A stretch of DNA of 64,000 nt from Candidatus Bathyarchaeia archaeon (GCA_049517415.1 JBEKSC010000011.1:2781-66780); one strand, 5' to 3'. Counted from the first letter of the stretch, positions 27,394 through 36,718 are shown. Made by a program: numbers and translations. Notes: generated from the sequence alone by a model not told the origin.

Positions 27394-29832
27394 TCAGAAT
27401 CCTTCATGCTTGTAAAAGAGCCGCTTAGTTAGCTCCGCGCCCAGAATGTATAATCCAACAATAATCGCAGTGAAGACGAGGAAAGTAAGCGAGACAGGAA
27501 CAAATCCAAACAACATTCCTAGAGCCGTAAAGGGTAGAAGACCAGTTGCAACTACTACGCATAATGTCGCAAACATAAGGTATTTGCTAGGCTTACTTCT
27601 GAAGAACGATTGTTGAGTACGAATGACTAACACAATCAGAGTGGCAGAAGCCACTGATTCAATGAACCAACCTGTTCTGAACTGATCCGCTGTTGCATGC
27701 AAGATGAAGAGAAGTACACCGAATGTTGCGTAGTCGAAGACCGAGCTAAGGAGACCGAAAATCATCATGAAGTCCCGGATGAATTTTATGTTCCAGCGTC
27801 TGGGTTTCTGCACCATGCCACTGTCAACGCTATCCGTGGGTATGGCCATTTCAGGGAAGTCAGTCATGAGATTTGTAAGCAGAACTTGCGTGGGCAGCAA
27901 GGGTAGGAAGGATAAGAATAGTGAAGCTCCCGCCATGCTGAACATGTTTCCGAAATTGGCACTCGCAGCCATGAACACGTACTTGAGAGTGTTAGCGAAA
28001 GTTTTTCGACCATCTTGCACACCTTGTACTAGAACACCCAAGTCTTTCTCAAGTAATACGATGTCAGCAGCTTCCTTAGCTACGTCTACTGCAGTGTTCA
28101 CTGAGATTCCGACGTCTGCAGCATGGAGTGCTGAGGCGTCATTGATTCCGTCGCCGATGAAGCCTACAATATATCCTGCTTTCTTGAACGCTAAGATAAT
28201 TCGCTCTTTATGGTTGGGATCGACTTCAGCGAACACGTCGGTAACTTTGACTCGTTCAAGGAGCGCTTCGTCACTCATAATATGGAGTTCAGGGCCTGTA
28301 AGAACACGTGAACTGGTTAGCCCTACTTGTGTGCTCAGATATGCCGCGACGAATCTGTTGTCTCCCGTTATGATCTTTAACGCAATTCCAAGGTTCTGTA
28401 GGTCTTGTAGAACTGTCTTAATCATCGGCTTAGGCGGATCAAACAATAGTAAGAAACCCAAGAAAGTCATCTGAGTTTCTTGATCTTTGCCAATGCGGTC
28501 AGTAGGAACGTTCTTGTATGCCACACCGAGCAGCCGGAAACCTTGGCCGCTCAAGTCTTCGAAGCGTTGCTGGACTTGCTCGCGAACATCGGCAATTTGA
28601 ACGAGCCCCTTCGTGGTCTCTGCTTGGGTGCAGGCGTCGAGTATGTTTTGTACCGCGCCCTTTGTCGTCATGATGTGCATGTTATCCTTCGACACCAGGA
28701 TACTGAGTCTCTTCCGGACAAAATCGTATGGGATTTCGTCCACTTTCTTGTAAGAGGTGAAGTCAAACGTACTCTTCGCTCGAATTGCTTCGTCTATGGG
28801 GTTTGCAAAGCCGCTCTCAAAATTTGCATTCAGACATGCATATAGGAGAACCTTTTCGCTGGTGTTGCCTTCGAAATCAATGGTAGAATGGATCTCTACT
28901 TTTCCTTCGGTTAGGGTTCCGGTCTTGTCCGAACAGAGAAGGTTCATGCTGCCAAAGTTTTCAATTGAGACAAGTCGTTTCACGATAACTTTCTGCTTTG
29001 CCATTTCCTTCGCGCCGTGCGCAAGATTTACGGTTACTATAGCGGGTAGTAGTTGTGGTGTTAAACCGACCGCGAGTGCCACTGCGAATAGAAAGGACGA
29101 AAGGATTGGCCGTCCCAAGTAGGCGTTGACAGCGAAGATCACGATTGCCATGACTAGAGTGATTTCCATGAGGAGGTAGCCGAATTGCCTGACACCGTGC
29201 TCGAACCCGGTCTCTGGGGGTTTAAGCGCAAGACTTTCAGAGATTTTCCCGAATTCGGTTTTCTTCCCGGTTGTTACGACAAGAGCTTTGCCAGTACCGC
29301 TGACAACATGAGTTCCCATGAACAAAGTGTTCGAGCGAGCGCTCAAGGGTGCGTCGGGCGCAAGGACCCCGACGGATTTTTCTGCGGGGTAAGTCTCACC
29401 CGTAAGCGTCGCTTCATCAACGAAAAGATCCCTAACTTCGATAATTGCGCAGTCGCCGGGAACCATGTTCCCTGCGTTCAGTATCGCAACATCCCCTGGT
29501 ACGATTTGCTCTAGAGGAATTTGGCTTGGTTCTCCGTTCCGTAGTGCAGTCGTATTGATCTGTACGATTGATAGTAACTTCTTCACGGCATCGCTTGCGC
29601 CGCGCTCCTGCGAGAACCCGAGTAGACCGCTGACGAATACAATGGCTAAGATAATTGCGGCACTTGTTGGATCCTGCAGAAAGATGGAAAGTATAGCTGC
29701 AACGAGCAAGATGAGTACGAGAGGGCTTCTGAATTGATTAAGTAGAAGCGTGATGGCGTCAGTTTTCTTCTTCTCCTTTAATAGATTATATCCATATGAT
29801 GAGAGTCGTAGTTGAGCTTCGTTATTGGTCAA
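27394..29832 (-). CDS. P-type ATPase, MgtA-like (type IIIB) cation transporter
   Basis: CSDKTGTLT, ITGDN, GDGINDASAL. NFGNMFSMAGASLFLSFLPLLPTQVLLTNLMTDFPEMAIPTDSVD closely resembles the MgtA signature region. The N-terminal boundary is uncertain (see findings). Confidence 0.85.
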   Translation of the reverse strand: MTNNEAQLRLSSYGYNLLKEKKKTDAITLLLNQFRSPLVLILLVAAILSIFLQDPTSAAIILAIVFVSGLLGFSQERGASDAVKKLLSIVQINTTALRNGEPSQIPLEQIVPGDVAILNAGNMVPGDCAIIEVRDLFVDEATLTGETYPAEKSVGVLAPDAPLSARSNTLFMGTHVVSGTGKALVVTTGKKTEFGKISESLALKPPETGFEHGVRQFGYLLMEITLVMAIVIFAVNAYLGRPILSSFLFAVALAVGLTPQLLPAIVTVNLAHGAKEMAKQKVIVKRLVSIENFGSMNLLCSDKTGTLTEGKVEIHSTIDFEGNTSEKVLLYACLNANFESGFANPIDEAIRAKSTFDFTSYKKVDEIPYDFVRKRLSILVSKDNMHIMTTKGAVQNILDACTQAETTKGLVQIADVREQVQQRFEDLSGQGFRLLGVAYKNVPTDRIGKDQETQMTFLGFLLLFDPPKPMIKTVLQDLQNLGIALKIITGDNRFVAAYLSTQVGLTSSRVLTGPELHIMSDEALLERVKVTDVFAEVDPNHKERIILAFKKAGYIVGFIGDGINDASALHAADVGISVNTAVDVAKEAADIVLLEKDLGVLVQGVQDGRKTFANTLKYVFMAASANFGNMFSMAGASLFLSFLPLLPTQVLLTNLMTDFPEMAIPTDSVDSGMVQKPRRWNIKFIRDFMMIFGLLSSVFDYATFGVLLFILHATADQFRTGWFIESVASATLIVLVIRTQQSFFRSKPSKYLMFATLCVVVATGLLPFTALGMLFGFVPVSLTFLVFTAIIVGLYILGAELTKRLFYKHEGF

Positions 29833-30210
29833 GCCTTCTGGGGCCGTCTTAAGCTGATCAAATAGCTCTGAGCTGGGAATGCTCCAGAAAGGTTTCTCAT
29901 CAGAGCTGATTGTATCCCTCTCCCAAAATCTGTATCACAACACTACATCGCCCGGCTATAAGCACACAACGTCGAAGCACTTGAAGGGACACTTGCATGC
30001 AACCTCTCATGAGATCATGAACAAAGAAGTCAAGACTGTTCCTGTTCTGATTTGCATCGATAAAGTGGCTCTTGCAAGCCGTGAACACGGTGCTTCTAAC
30101 TTACCTACTTCTGCTAGGTCTAGACCAATGAACCCTAGATATTTGAGGAGAAATAAAATGTAGGATTTTCGGTCAACAAAGTTTCTAGGCTGTTCGCCTA
30201 GTGGCTTTGT

Positions 30211-30324
30211 CTAGTAGCTTCGGTGCTTCTGGTAGCAGTCTCTACAGTAGACTGGTCTGCCCGTCGTCGGCACAAACGGTACTTCTGTGTCTGCACCACA
30301 GTCGGAGCATTTGACTTTCGTCAT
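30211..30324 (-). CDS. CxxC-x17-CxxC zinc-ribbon mini-protein
   Basis: My own translation gives MTKVKCSDCGADTEVPFVPTTGRPVYCRDCYQKHRSY (37 aa). It is below the ORF-track cutoff and fits the known CxxC-x17-CxxC small-protein family. Confidence 0.6.
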   Translation of the reverse strand: MTKVKCSDCGADTEVPFVPTTGRPVYCRDCYQKHRSY

Positions 30325-30634
30325 TTGCCTCGGGGCACCAGATCGTCGATTCTCGTAACCCATCTCGCTTTTCACCATCCCTATCCTCTAGTTATACGAA
30401 AGATAATACTCGCAGCGATAATCGGCATGGGCCTGGCGGCCCCCCCATCATCCGCGCAGGTAAGATCTCCAGCATACTGGCTGTGCAACCGGCATGAGTA
30501 CTATAAAAAGCGTACCAATACTTACCGATGTGAGCTGCCCACCCATAGGAGACGATTCACGTCGAAAAGCATCAGGTTCACCGCTAGATTCGAACGATAG
30601 GGACTCCTATAAGCGGCGCCTCCGTTAGTAGCCT

Positions 30635-31027
30635 ATGTCAAATCGAATTTTCCTGTGCAGTTGCCAGAAATGCGGCACCAGATTTGATTTCACTGGAAAC
30701 TACGAGAAGTTTAACGAATTCTTAGACTCAAAGAACTTCACTTGCCCGGGTGGTCACACCGAAAGCCGTTCCCCGCGAGCTTTTGTCAAGCTTGTAACGA
30801 TGAGTGAGTCTAAGGTTATCCTAGAGTGGAAACCTACTGTGGGAAGAAACTACGTAGACGTTCTCGATTCTATGACGGCTCGTATCAAGGGCATGCAGAT
30901 AGATCACCTCGGCTCAGGCCTATACATTGACCGGCGTACAATGAAGAAGTACGATTACGAAGAGGATGCTAAAGGAGTGCGGCACTACTTCGAAGTACTC
31001 CAGCAACACATTCGAAACTCAGCCTAA
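30635..31027 (+). CDS. hypothetical protein with N-terminal Cys-rich (zinc-ribbon-like) region
   Basis: 130 aa with an ATG start. CSCQKCG...CPGGH. No family recognised. Confidence 0.4.
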   Translation: MSNRIFLCSCQKCGTRFDFTGNYEKFNEFLDSKNFTCPGGHTESRSPRAFVKLVTMSESKVILEWKPTVGRNYVDVLDSMTARIKGMQIDHLGSGLYIDRRTMKKYDYEEDAKGVRHYFEVLQQHIRNSA

Positions 31028-31055
31028 GACCTCCCCACCGTTAATGATGATTTGC

Positions 31056-32825
31056 TTAGCTCGGATTTCGTAATCTTTCTGTTAGTTTCGAAAGTTCCTG
31101 CCACAATATGTTAGGAAATTGTTCTCCGAGAGTTTTGAAGAACCTCCAGGAGGATTCGAGTTCGTCCATCCACGCTGCGTTATTTACATGTAGCAACTCT
31201 TCGATTGTGTTTCCCGGAAGATTCATCTCGTTCAGGTTGAGCGATTCAGGGGTCGGAACGTAGCCTATCGGCGTTTCAACCGCTTCAGCTCTACCTCTAC
31301 AGCGGTCGACTATCCACTTGAGAACGACGAGGTTGTGGCCATAGCCTGGCCAGAGGAATCTTCCATCTCGCCCCATTCTGAATGCATTTATCTGGAATAT
31401 TTTCGGGAGGTTTTCGCTTTTTGATCGAAACGAAAGCCAATGCCTGAAGTAATCGGCGATGTGGTATCCGCAGAATGGCTTCATAGCCATGGGATCGTAT
31501 CTTAGAACCCCAACCTCCCCTCCAGCGGCGGCTGTAGTTTCAACTTTAAGCATGGCGCCCATTAGGACGCCGTGTTCCCAGCTGAATGATTCGTAAACTA
31601 ACGGAACAAGATCTGACCTTCTTCCGCCGAAAATTATGGCCGTTATTGGAACGCCATTCGGATTTGTGTACTCCCGTGACAGGAACGGGTATTGATTGGT
31701 CGAAGTTGTGAACCTTGAGTTTGGATGGGCAGCGCTTCCCTTGCCGGCTGTCCATACTCTTCCTTGCCAATCCCAAAGTTTTCTGGGATGGTCGCCCATG
31801 CCTTCCCACCATGGAGTTCCGTCCATCGCCAAAGCGACATTCGTGAAAATTGTGTTTTTCATCACTGTTTCCATTATTCGGGGGTTCGTCCTGATGTTGG
31901 TGTTGGGCGACACCGCGAAGAATCCACTCTCGGGGTTGATTGCTCTGAACCTGCCTTCGGAATCTAGGTGCATCCAAGCTATGTCGTCGCTGACCGCCCA
32001 GACCTTCCAGTCCTTCATGTATTCTGGTGGCTTGAGCATAGCGAGGTTAGTTTTGCCGCTGGTGCTGGGAAACGCCCCGGTCACATAAGTCACTGTGCCG
32101 TCTGGGTCTTCTATTCCTATGATTAGCATGTGTTCCGCCAGCCAACCTTGGTCTCTCGCCATCACGCTCGCGATCCTAAGGGAGTGGCATTTCTTGCTGA
32201 GGAGGGCGTTTCCTCCATAATTCGAGTTCAAACTCATTATGAGTTTCTTATCCGGGAAATGACAAATGTACCTTTTATTGGGATCCAACTGGCCGGTTGA
32301 ATGTATGCCCTTCATAAATTCGCCGTCCTTGATGTGCTCTAACGCAACTTTGCCGACTTTCGTCATAATTTCCATATTCGCAGCGACGTAGCAACTATCG
32401 GTGAGTTCGATTCCGACTTGAGAATAAGGCGAACCTACGGGTCCCAGCAGGTATGGGATAACATACATTGTTCGCCCTATCATGCATCCGTCAAGAAGCT
32501 TCAGTAACTTTGCTTCTCCTTCATCAGAAGACATCCAATTATTTGTGGGGCCCACGTCCTCTCTGTTCTTTGTGCAGATGAAGGTCGCTTCTTCGGTTCT
32601 GGCCACGTCGTTCGGGTTGCTTCTATGCAGATAGCAGTTGGGGTATTTTTCTTGGTTGAGCTTAATCAGTGTCCCATCTGCGGTCATCAGTTTGATAAGC
32701 GATTGAAATTCTTCATCAGACCCATCACACCAGGCTATGCCATCCGGTTTAGTTGTTTTAGCAACAGCAGCTACCCATTCCAGTAAAGGCCGCTCAATTC
32801 CATAGTTCTCGGGCCCGTGGATCAT
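31056..32825 (-). CDS. pckG: phosphoenolpyruvate carboxykinase (GTP)
   Basis: 589 aa. GAFPSTSGKTNLAML (kinase-1a/P-loop region), YGGNALLSKKCHSLRIAS, and a GTP-PEPCK-type C-terminus. Confidence 0.9.
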   Translation of the reverse strand: MIHGPENYGIERPLLEWVAAVAKTTKPDGIAWCDGSDEEFQSLIKLMTADGTLIKLNQEKYPNCYLHRSNPNDVARTEEATFICTKNREDVGPTNNWMSSDEGEAKLLKLLDGCMIGRTMYVIPYLLGPVGSPYSQVGIELTDSCYVAANMEIMTKVGKVALEHIKDGEFMKGIHSTGQLDPNKRYICHFPDKKLIMSLNSNYGGNALLSKKCHSLRIASVMARDQGWLAEHMLIIGIEDPDGTVTYVTGAFPSTSGKTNLAMLKPPEYMKDWKVWAVSDDIAWMHLDSEGRFRAINPESGFFAVSPNTNIRTNPRIMETVMKNTIFTNVALAMDGTPWWEGMGDHPRKLWDWQGRVWTAGKGSAAHPNSRFTTSTNQYPFLSREYTNPNGVPITAIIFGGRRSDLVPLVYESFSWEHGVLMGAMLKVETTAAAGGEVGVLRYDPMAMKPFCGYHIADYFRHWLSFRSKSENLPKIFQINAFRMGRDGRFLWPGYGHNLVVLKWIVDRCRGRAEAVETPIGYVPTPESLNLNEMNLPGNTIEELLHVNNAAWMDELESSWRFFKTLGEQFPNILWQELSKLTERLRNPS

Positions 32826-33122
32826 GACGATTCTCCCAAGTTCAATCGTATTTTCTCAAAGAGCTAACGTGAGTGACGGTGTTGCTCACTCATGGCAAGA
32901 CCTAACGAACGTTGAAGTAAAAGGGTGTTTATGAGCTGAAATTATTCACCGTTGAATTGGCACTTCACAGGCTATTGGAAATCAAAGTCCTTTCCTGGGG
33001 TAGGCGAACGTTGAGCATTTCAGCAGGTTGTCGATGATGTCTCCAGACTTGACCCGAAGATGGGCCAACTCGTCAAGAAGCACTGAATGATTGGAATCAT
33101 GAAAATGTCGACTTTACCCAGC

Positions 33123-33800
33123 TTATTTGCGAATCTCGCTGTTTGCTTCTTCCAGTATTGTGTATGCTCGTGGTCCGTCGGATTCATTGAGTACCAGAAT
33201 AATGTCATCATAACCTAGGAATGCGTCTACGATGTTTATTCCGTTGCGGTAAAGCAGGTCAGTTATGTACGCTGCGATTCCAGGTGACCGCTCAGCTTCC
33301 TCGGATAGATGTATTGTAATCTTCGCCGCGTTGAGTCGAGGTTTTAGGGGGTATCGACTCTTCAATGCCGCTTTCAATTTTCCATAATCATTTGCGTCGG
33401 CTATGATCTTGATGGAGCTTACAAGCGGAAAGATGTGAGGACGTTCATTCAGCTCAGAAGACAGTTCAACTAGCCCCTTCAATTCGTTAATGAAAGCTTC
33501 TCTCTTGGGGGTGATAGTTACGTCGACCACTCCGCTGCTCAACGTCATCTTTGAATTTCTAAGTACTGACATTGTGGGTGGTAGCCCAAGCTTCGACTGC
33601 GCATCCGAAAACCTCTTGATGATCACAACTATAGTGTTAACGTTCACGTCTCTTTGGGTAACCCGATCCACGGTAGGCTTGATTTTTGCTGCTAGGGCAT
33701 GATAGTTGATCAGTCCCATTCGAATGTGTTGGTGGACAGCATGGTTTCGCGTTAAGAGATCCACCACGACCTCAGAGATCGTAGGTCTTGTACCCTTCAT
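33123..33800 (-). CDS. ACT-domain protein with N-terminal HTH-like region (putative regulator)
   Basis: 225 aa. The C-terminal PGIAAYITDLLYRNGINIVDAFLGYDDIILVLNE is ACT-like. The N-terminal helix pattern suggests wHTH. Tentative. Confidence 0.45.
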   Translation of the reverse strand: MKGTRPTISEVVVDLLTRNHAVHQHIRMGLINYHALAAKIKPTVDRVTQRDVNVNTIVVIIKRFSDAQSKLGLPPTMSVLRNSKMTLSSGVVDVTITPKREAFINELKGLVELSSELNERPHIFPLVSSIKIIADANDYGKLKAALKSRYPLKPRLNAAKITIHLSEEAERSPGIAAYITDLLYRNGINIVDAFLGYDDIILVLNESDGPRAYTILEEANSEIRK

Positions 33801-34034
33801 GACTCATGCCCACATCGGAGAAGTCCCAGCGCGTCGGTGAAACGAAGCCTCACTAACGGCTCCGCGACGTATTCTTCTTGAATCGGCAGCTGAGTTCCGC
33901 GTTCGTCTACAGCTCGCATTTTCTTTCTCCTTTTCGGCCCATTATAGTTCGATGTTACAAATATATCTTTTGGTAACAAAGCTTATATGTATGATACAGG
34001 TATAGCTAACAGTAACAATACTTGGAGTTAGTAG

Positions 34035-34559
34035 GTGAATATAATGCAAGCAAACAAAATGTTCCCAACTTACGTGTTCGCAAAGGTCGAGCGCGACAAT
34101 GTGCACCATGTGATTGAGGAATTACGAAAGTTCAACGAAATAGAGTTCTCTGCACAAGTGACCGGTCGATACGATATAGTCATGCGATTGAAGACTAACA
34201 ATCCAGAACAAATCTACAACCTAGTCAACAAGATACGCACTATTCATGGCGTGAACGCTACCAATACTTTCACATCAAATGATGGATTCACCAACGGCCA
34301 GAAACTTGAAGGCCAAGGAGTATGGGGATTCAGCCTCCTGTCAATCAACAGACCACTACCAGAAGTCTTACAGAAGTTGAAGAAGCTGCCAGCCCTATAC
34401 GACGCATGTAGTGTTCCAGGTCAGTTCGACATCATCATGAGTTACAAGACTGCGAACTATGAGGATCTCATGAGGACGAGCGTCGAGCAGATCGCCCAAA
34501 CTGAGGGTATCTGGAGAAGCGAGACTCTATTCGCATACCAGCCTTACATTAAGGCATAA
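34035..34559 (+). CDS. tandem Lrp/AsnC ligand-binding (RAM) domain protein without HTH
   Basis: 174 aa. Two repeats of the pattern V..V...L.....I......G.YD(I/I)(V/I)M (FAKVERDN...TGRYDIVMRL and a second ...PGQFDIIMSY). Confidence 0.6.
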   Translation: MNIMQANKMFPTYVFAKVERDNVHHVIEELRKFNEIEFSAQVTGRYDIVMRLKTNNPEQIYNLVNKIRTIHGVNATNTFTSNDGFTNGQKLEGQGVWGFSLLSINRPLPEVLQKLKKLPALYDACSVPGQFDIIMSYKTANYEDLMRTSVEQIAQTEGIWRSETLFAYQPYIKA

Positions 34560-34675
34560 ATCTCTAGTAACCTGGGAGGATCCGCTCCCAGTATACCTGT
34601 TTTTTCTACACTTACTTTCCGAAGATAACTGATGACACTCACTATTATTATCACAATGGCTTCAATTAGGTTCTA

Positions 34676-35059
34676 TCAACTGAGCGCTTCATCGGACTTT
34701 CTCATGTGATTTATGCGCTTTTTGGATGCTTCGTTTTGCAGTTTGGATAATTTGTCAATTTCGTCGAGCAGAACCTTGAGTTCCAGATTGTAAAGGCCGC
34801 ATCTCGGGCAGCTCTCGTTGCCCTTCAGTCTTTCCCTTTGCTCAATTAGTCTGCTTACGATCCCATCATGAACTTCCAATGTGTGGTCAGCATACTTGCG
34901 CGGAATAGGTATTTCGGGCTTATGTTCTGGATTAGGATCAACCGCATGTCTTGTGTGTAGATGCTGGGAGCGTCTGGTGCGGGGGGGGAGTGGGATTCGA
35001 ACGGATGCAAGAGCCAACTCGACTTCGCCTAGTGGCAGAAGACCACAAGAAAAGGCCAT
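34676..35059 (-). CDS. hypothetical protein (coiled-coil plus CxxC), boundaries uncertain
   Basis: The C-terminal 80 aa or so (HDGIVSRLIEQRERLKGNESCPRCGLYNLELKVLLDEIDKLSKLQ) look protein-like. The upstream part of the 247-aa tracked ORF runs through a tRNA-like fragment and a purine-rich repeat, so it is probably not coding. Confidence 0.3.
   Translation of the reverse strand: MAFSCGLLPLGEVELALASVRIPLPPRTRRSQHLHTRHAVDPNPEHKPEIPIPRKYADHTLEVHDGIVSRLIEQRERLKGNESCPRCGLYNLELKVLLDEIDKLSKLQNEASKKRINHMRKSDEALS
34975..35002 (-). other. tRNA 3'-end-like fragment (T-loop + acceptor + CCA), no complete tRNA
   Basis: The minus strand reads GTTCGAATCCCACTCCCCCCCCGCACCA. No complementary 5' acceptor or T-stem partner was found. 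Confidence 0.45.
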
Positions 35060-35304
35060 TAATGATAGAGCACTCGTGAATAAGATAGAAGAATGCGGCG
35101 GAGGCGATACATTTGAGTGAAGAGTCCGACGAAGAAGAGGAAAAGCAGCGTGAGGAAACGCAGGAAGAAGATCAGCGAGAGCAGGAAGATGAGGATGAGA
35201 GTGAACGGGAAGGCGCTGATGAGAGTGCCGAAGAGGAGAGGGATGAGGATCGATTGGAGCAGGATGAAGAAGAGCGTGAACGGGAAGGGACACAGTTGAA
35301 GACC

Positions 35305-35395
35305 AAGAAAACCAAGAGAAACTCCCAATGAAACCATGATGATTCAGCAGCAGATTGGGCACATCATGGTCGGCGCGCGACCACGTATGCCATGA
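35305..35395 (+). repeat. dispersed ~90-nt element, copy A, with mini-ORF (M)MIQQQIGHIMVGARPRMP
   Basis: Aligns with copies at 37003-37088, 38991-39081 and 54870-54972. Core is AAGAAACCCAAGAGAA..ATGAAA.CAG.ATGATTCAGCAGCAGATTGGGCAGATG.TGGT. Confidence 0.7.
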
Positions 35396-35590
35396 TTCAC
35401 TTCGCGATAAGACGTCCAATTATCGTAAGCATGATGCCCAGCACGTACCCCAACGTCGATGAGACATATCCTTTGAAATATTCATTGATTCGTATTCCTT
35501 GGTGCCAAGCGAGGCTCATGGGGATCATGAAACCGAACAGACCTAATCCGGCACCGGGTAAGTGCGGCTATGAATATCAGCACCCTTGGG
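35396..35590 (-). pseudogene. degraded paralogue of the 39083-39508 membrane-protein gene (3' part, internal deletion, lost stop)
   Basis: About 160 nt (35400-35556) are nearly identical to 39090-39246. After a deletion of about 75 nt, 35564-35590 matches 39321-39345. There is no N-terminal half. Confidence 0.7.
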
Positions 35591-35752
35591 AAGTAACGGC
35601 CAGGGCTCCAGACTCACGTTTGCATGACGGCCAAATCCACAAAGGATGCAGTAGACAGTTCCTCGAAAGGCCCTCTACCATCCCTCATACCAATCTGCGC
35701 AAAACTCTCAGGCATCTCGTCAAATAAGATATCAAATGCGTATCTTGAACCG

Positions 35753-36718
35753 TCAATCAAGCTGTGGCCGTAGCAGTGATCCCAGTTTGATAGTTTCCGC
35801 ATGTGGGTTTAGTGTTCGATCCAACACTACTATTCGGTTCCGGTCGTAGCGACCCTTCGCAAGTCTCCGAAGAATAATTGACTCAGCCTTGCCACGACCA
35901 ATATAGGTCCCGGCAGAGTAATGCAGACTAAATCCGATAAGGACTATGAGCGCATAATGGTAAGAAGTAGGTGCCCCTGCCGAGAGAACTTTGTAGAAGA
36001 TTCCTAACAGACTAACCACTATGTTGAGACCGATAATCGATCCAAATACAGCGGTTAGAAGAGTTGAGTGAAATGGTCCTGAATTTATGCCAATAATCTT
36101 GAACCGCCTGAAATATGGAAGGGCAATCGAAGGGACCAAGCCCGAGATCACAGTGATCGCGACCAACGCCGGTGTAAGCCGGAGGGAAAATAGAACACCG
36201 ATCGCACGCTGAGGAGTAGCCAAGAAGTTCAATGAATGCAGTACCAACCGCAGCGTACTGGGCCTTGTACCTGCGGTCGTTGACGGTGTCCTTGACGGGT
36301 CAGCGCTATAGATGTCCCATCCTAGGGCAATGGACGTGAAGAACAATACTAGGGGAAGGTAGACTAAGTGAGATTTCGCTATGAGAGCCTTCCCGAGGTG
36401 CAAGAGTTTTTCTTCCTTAGGTCTGATCACTTGCTTCGTCTTAGTGAGCCGCCCAATCAATCCGGCTATGTTTAACGAGCATATGCCTCCGAGGAGTACG
36501 ATTGACCCATAGCCCAGGCCTATGACCAGAAGCCCTGCTACTGACGTCAAGAGTGCAATTTCAAGTGGATCAAGACGAACATGTGTGAGTTGGGGGATTG
36601 AAAACGTTGAAACCGCAGCGACAGAATACGCAACGAATCCTAGGATCAGCGGTGCGGCCGAATCGATAACCGCCGTATGTTCTCTAAGTTTTCCCTTGAT
36701 CTTAGTTTGTTTAACCAT
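35753..36718 (-). CDS. polytopic membrane protein (hypothetical)
   Basis: 321 aa, ATG start, about 8 hydrophobic helices. No family recognised. Confidence 0.55.
   Translation of the reverse strand: MVKQTKIKGKLREHTAVIDSAAPLILGFVAYSVAAVSTFSIPQLTHVRLDPLEIALLTSVAGLLVIGLGYGSIVLLGGICSLNIAGLIGRLTKTKQVIRPKEEKLLHLGKALIAKSHLVYLPLVLFFTSIALGWDIYSADPSRTPSTTAGTRPSTLRLVLHSLNFLATPQRAIGVLFSLRLTPALVAITVISGLVPSIALPYFRRFKIIGINSGPFHSTLLTAVFGSIIGLNIVVSLLGIFYKVLSAGAPTSYHYALIVLIGFSLHYSAGTYIGRGKAESIILRRLAKGRYDRNRIVVLDRTLNPHAETIKLGSLLRPQLD

Noticed and set aside
30223-30600. 125-aa plus-strand ORF.
   Set aside because: It overlaps the convincing 37-aa CxxC-x17-CxxC gene on the opposite strand. It has a GTG-type start and no recognisable features.
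34960-35110. Possible complete intron-containing tRNA on the minus strand around the tRNA-like fragment.
   Set aside because: No 5' acceptor strand complementary to the 3' end was found. The T stem lacks a partner unless an ad hoc 39-nt intron without a BHB is invoked, and there is an irregular C8 run. I treat it as a fragment only.
35334-35345. ATGATGA in dispersed-element copy A looks like a C/D-box sRNA C box.
   Set aside because: The exact C box is present only in copy A. The other copies read AATGATT or GATGATT, and no consistent D box (CTGA) is positioned downstream.
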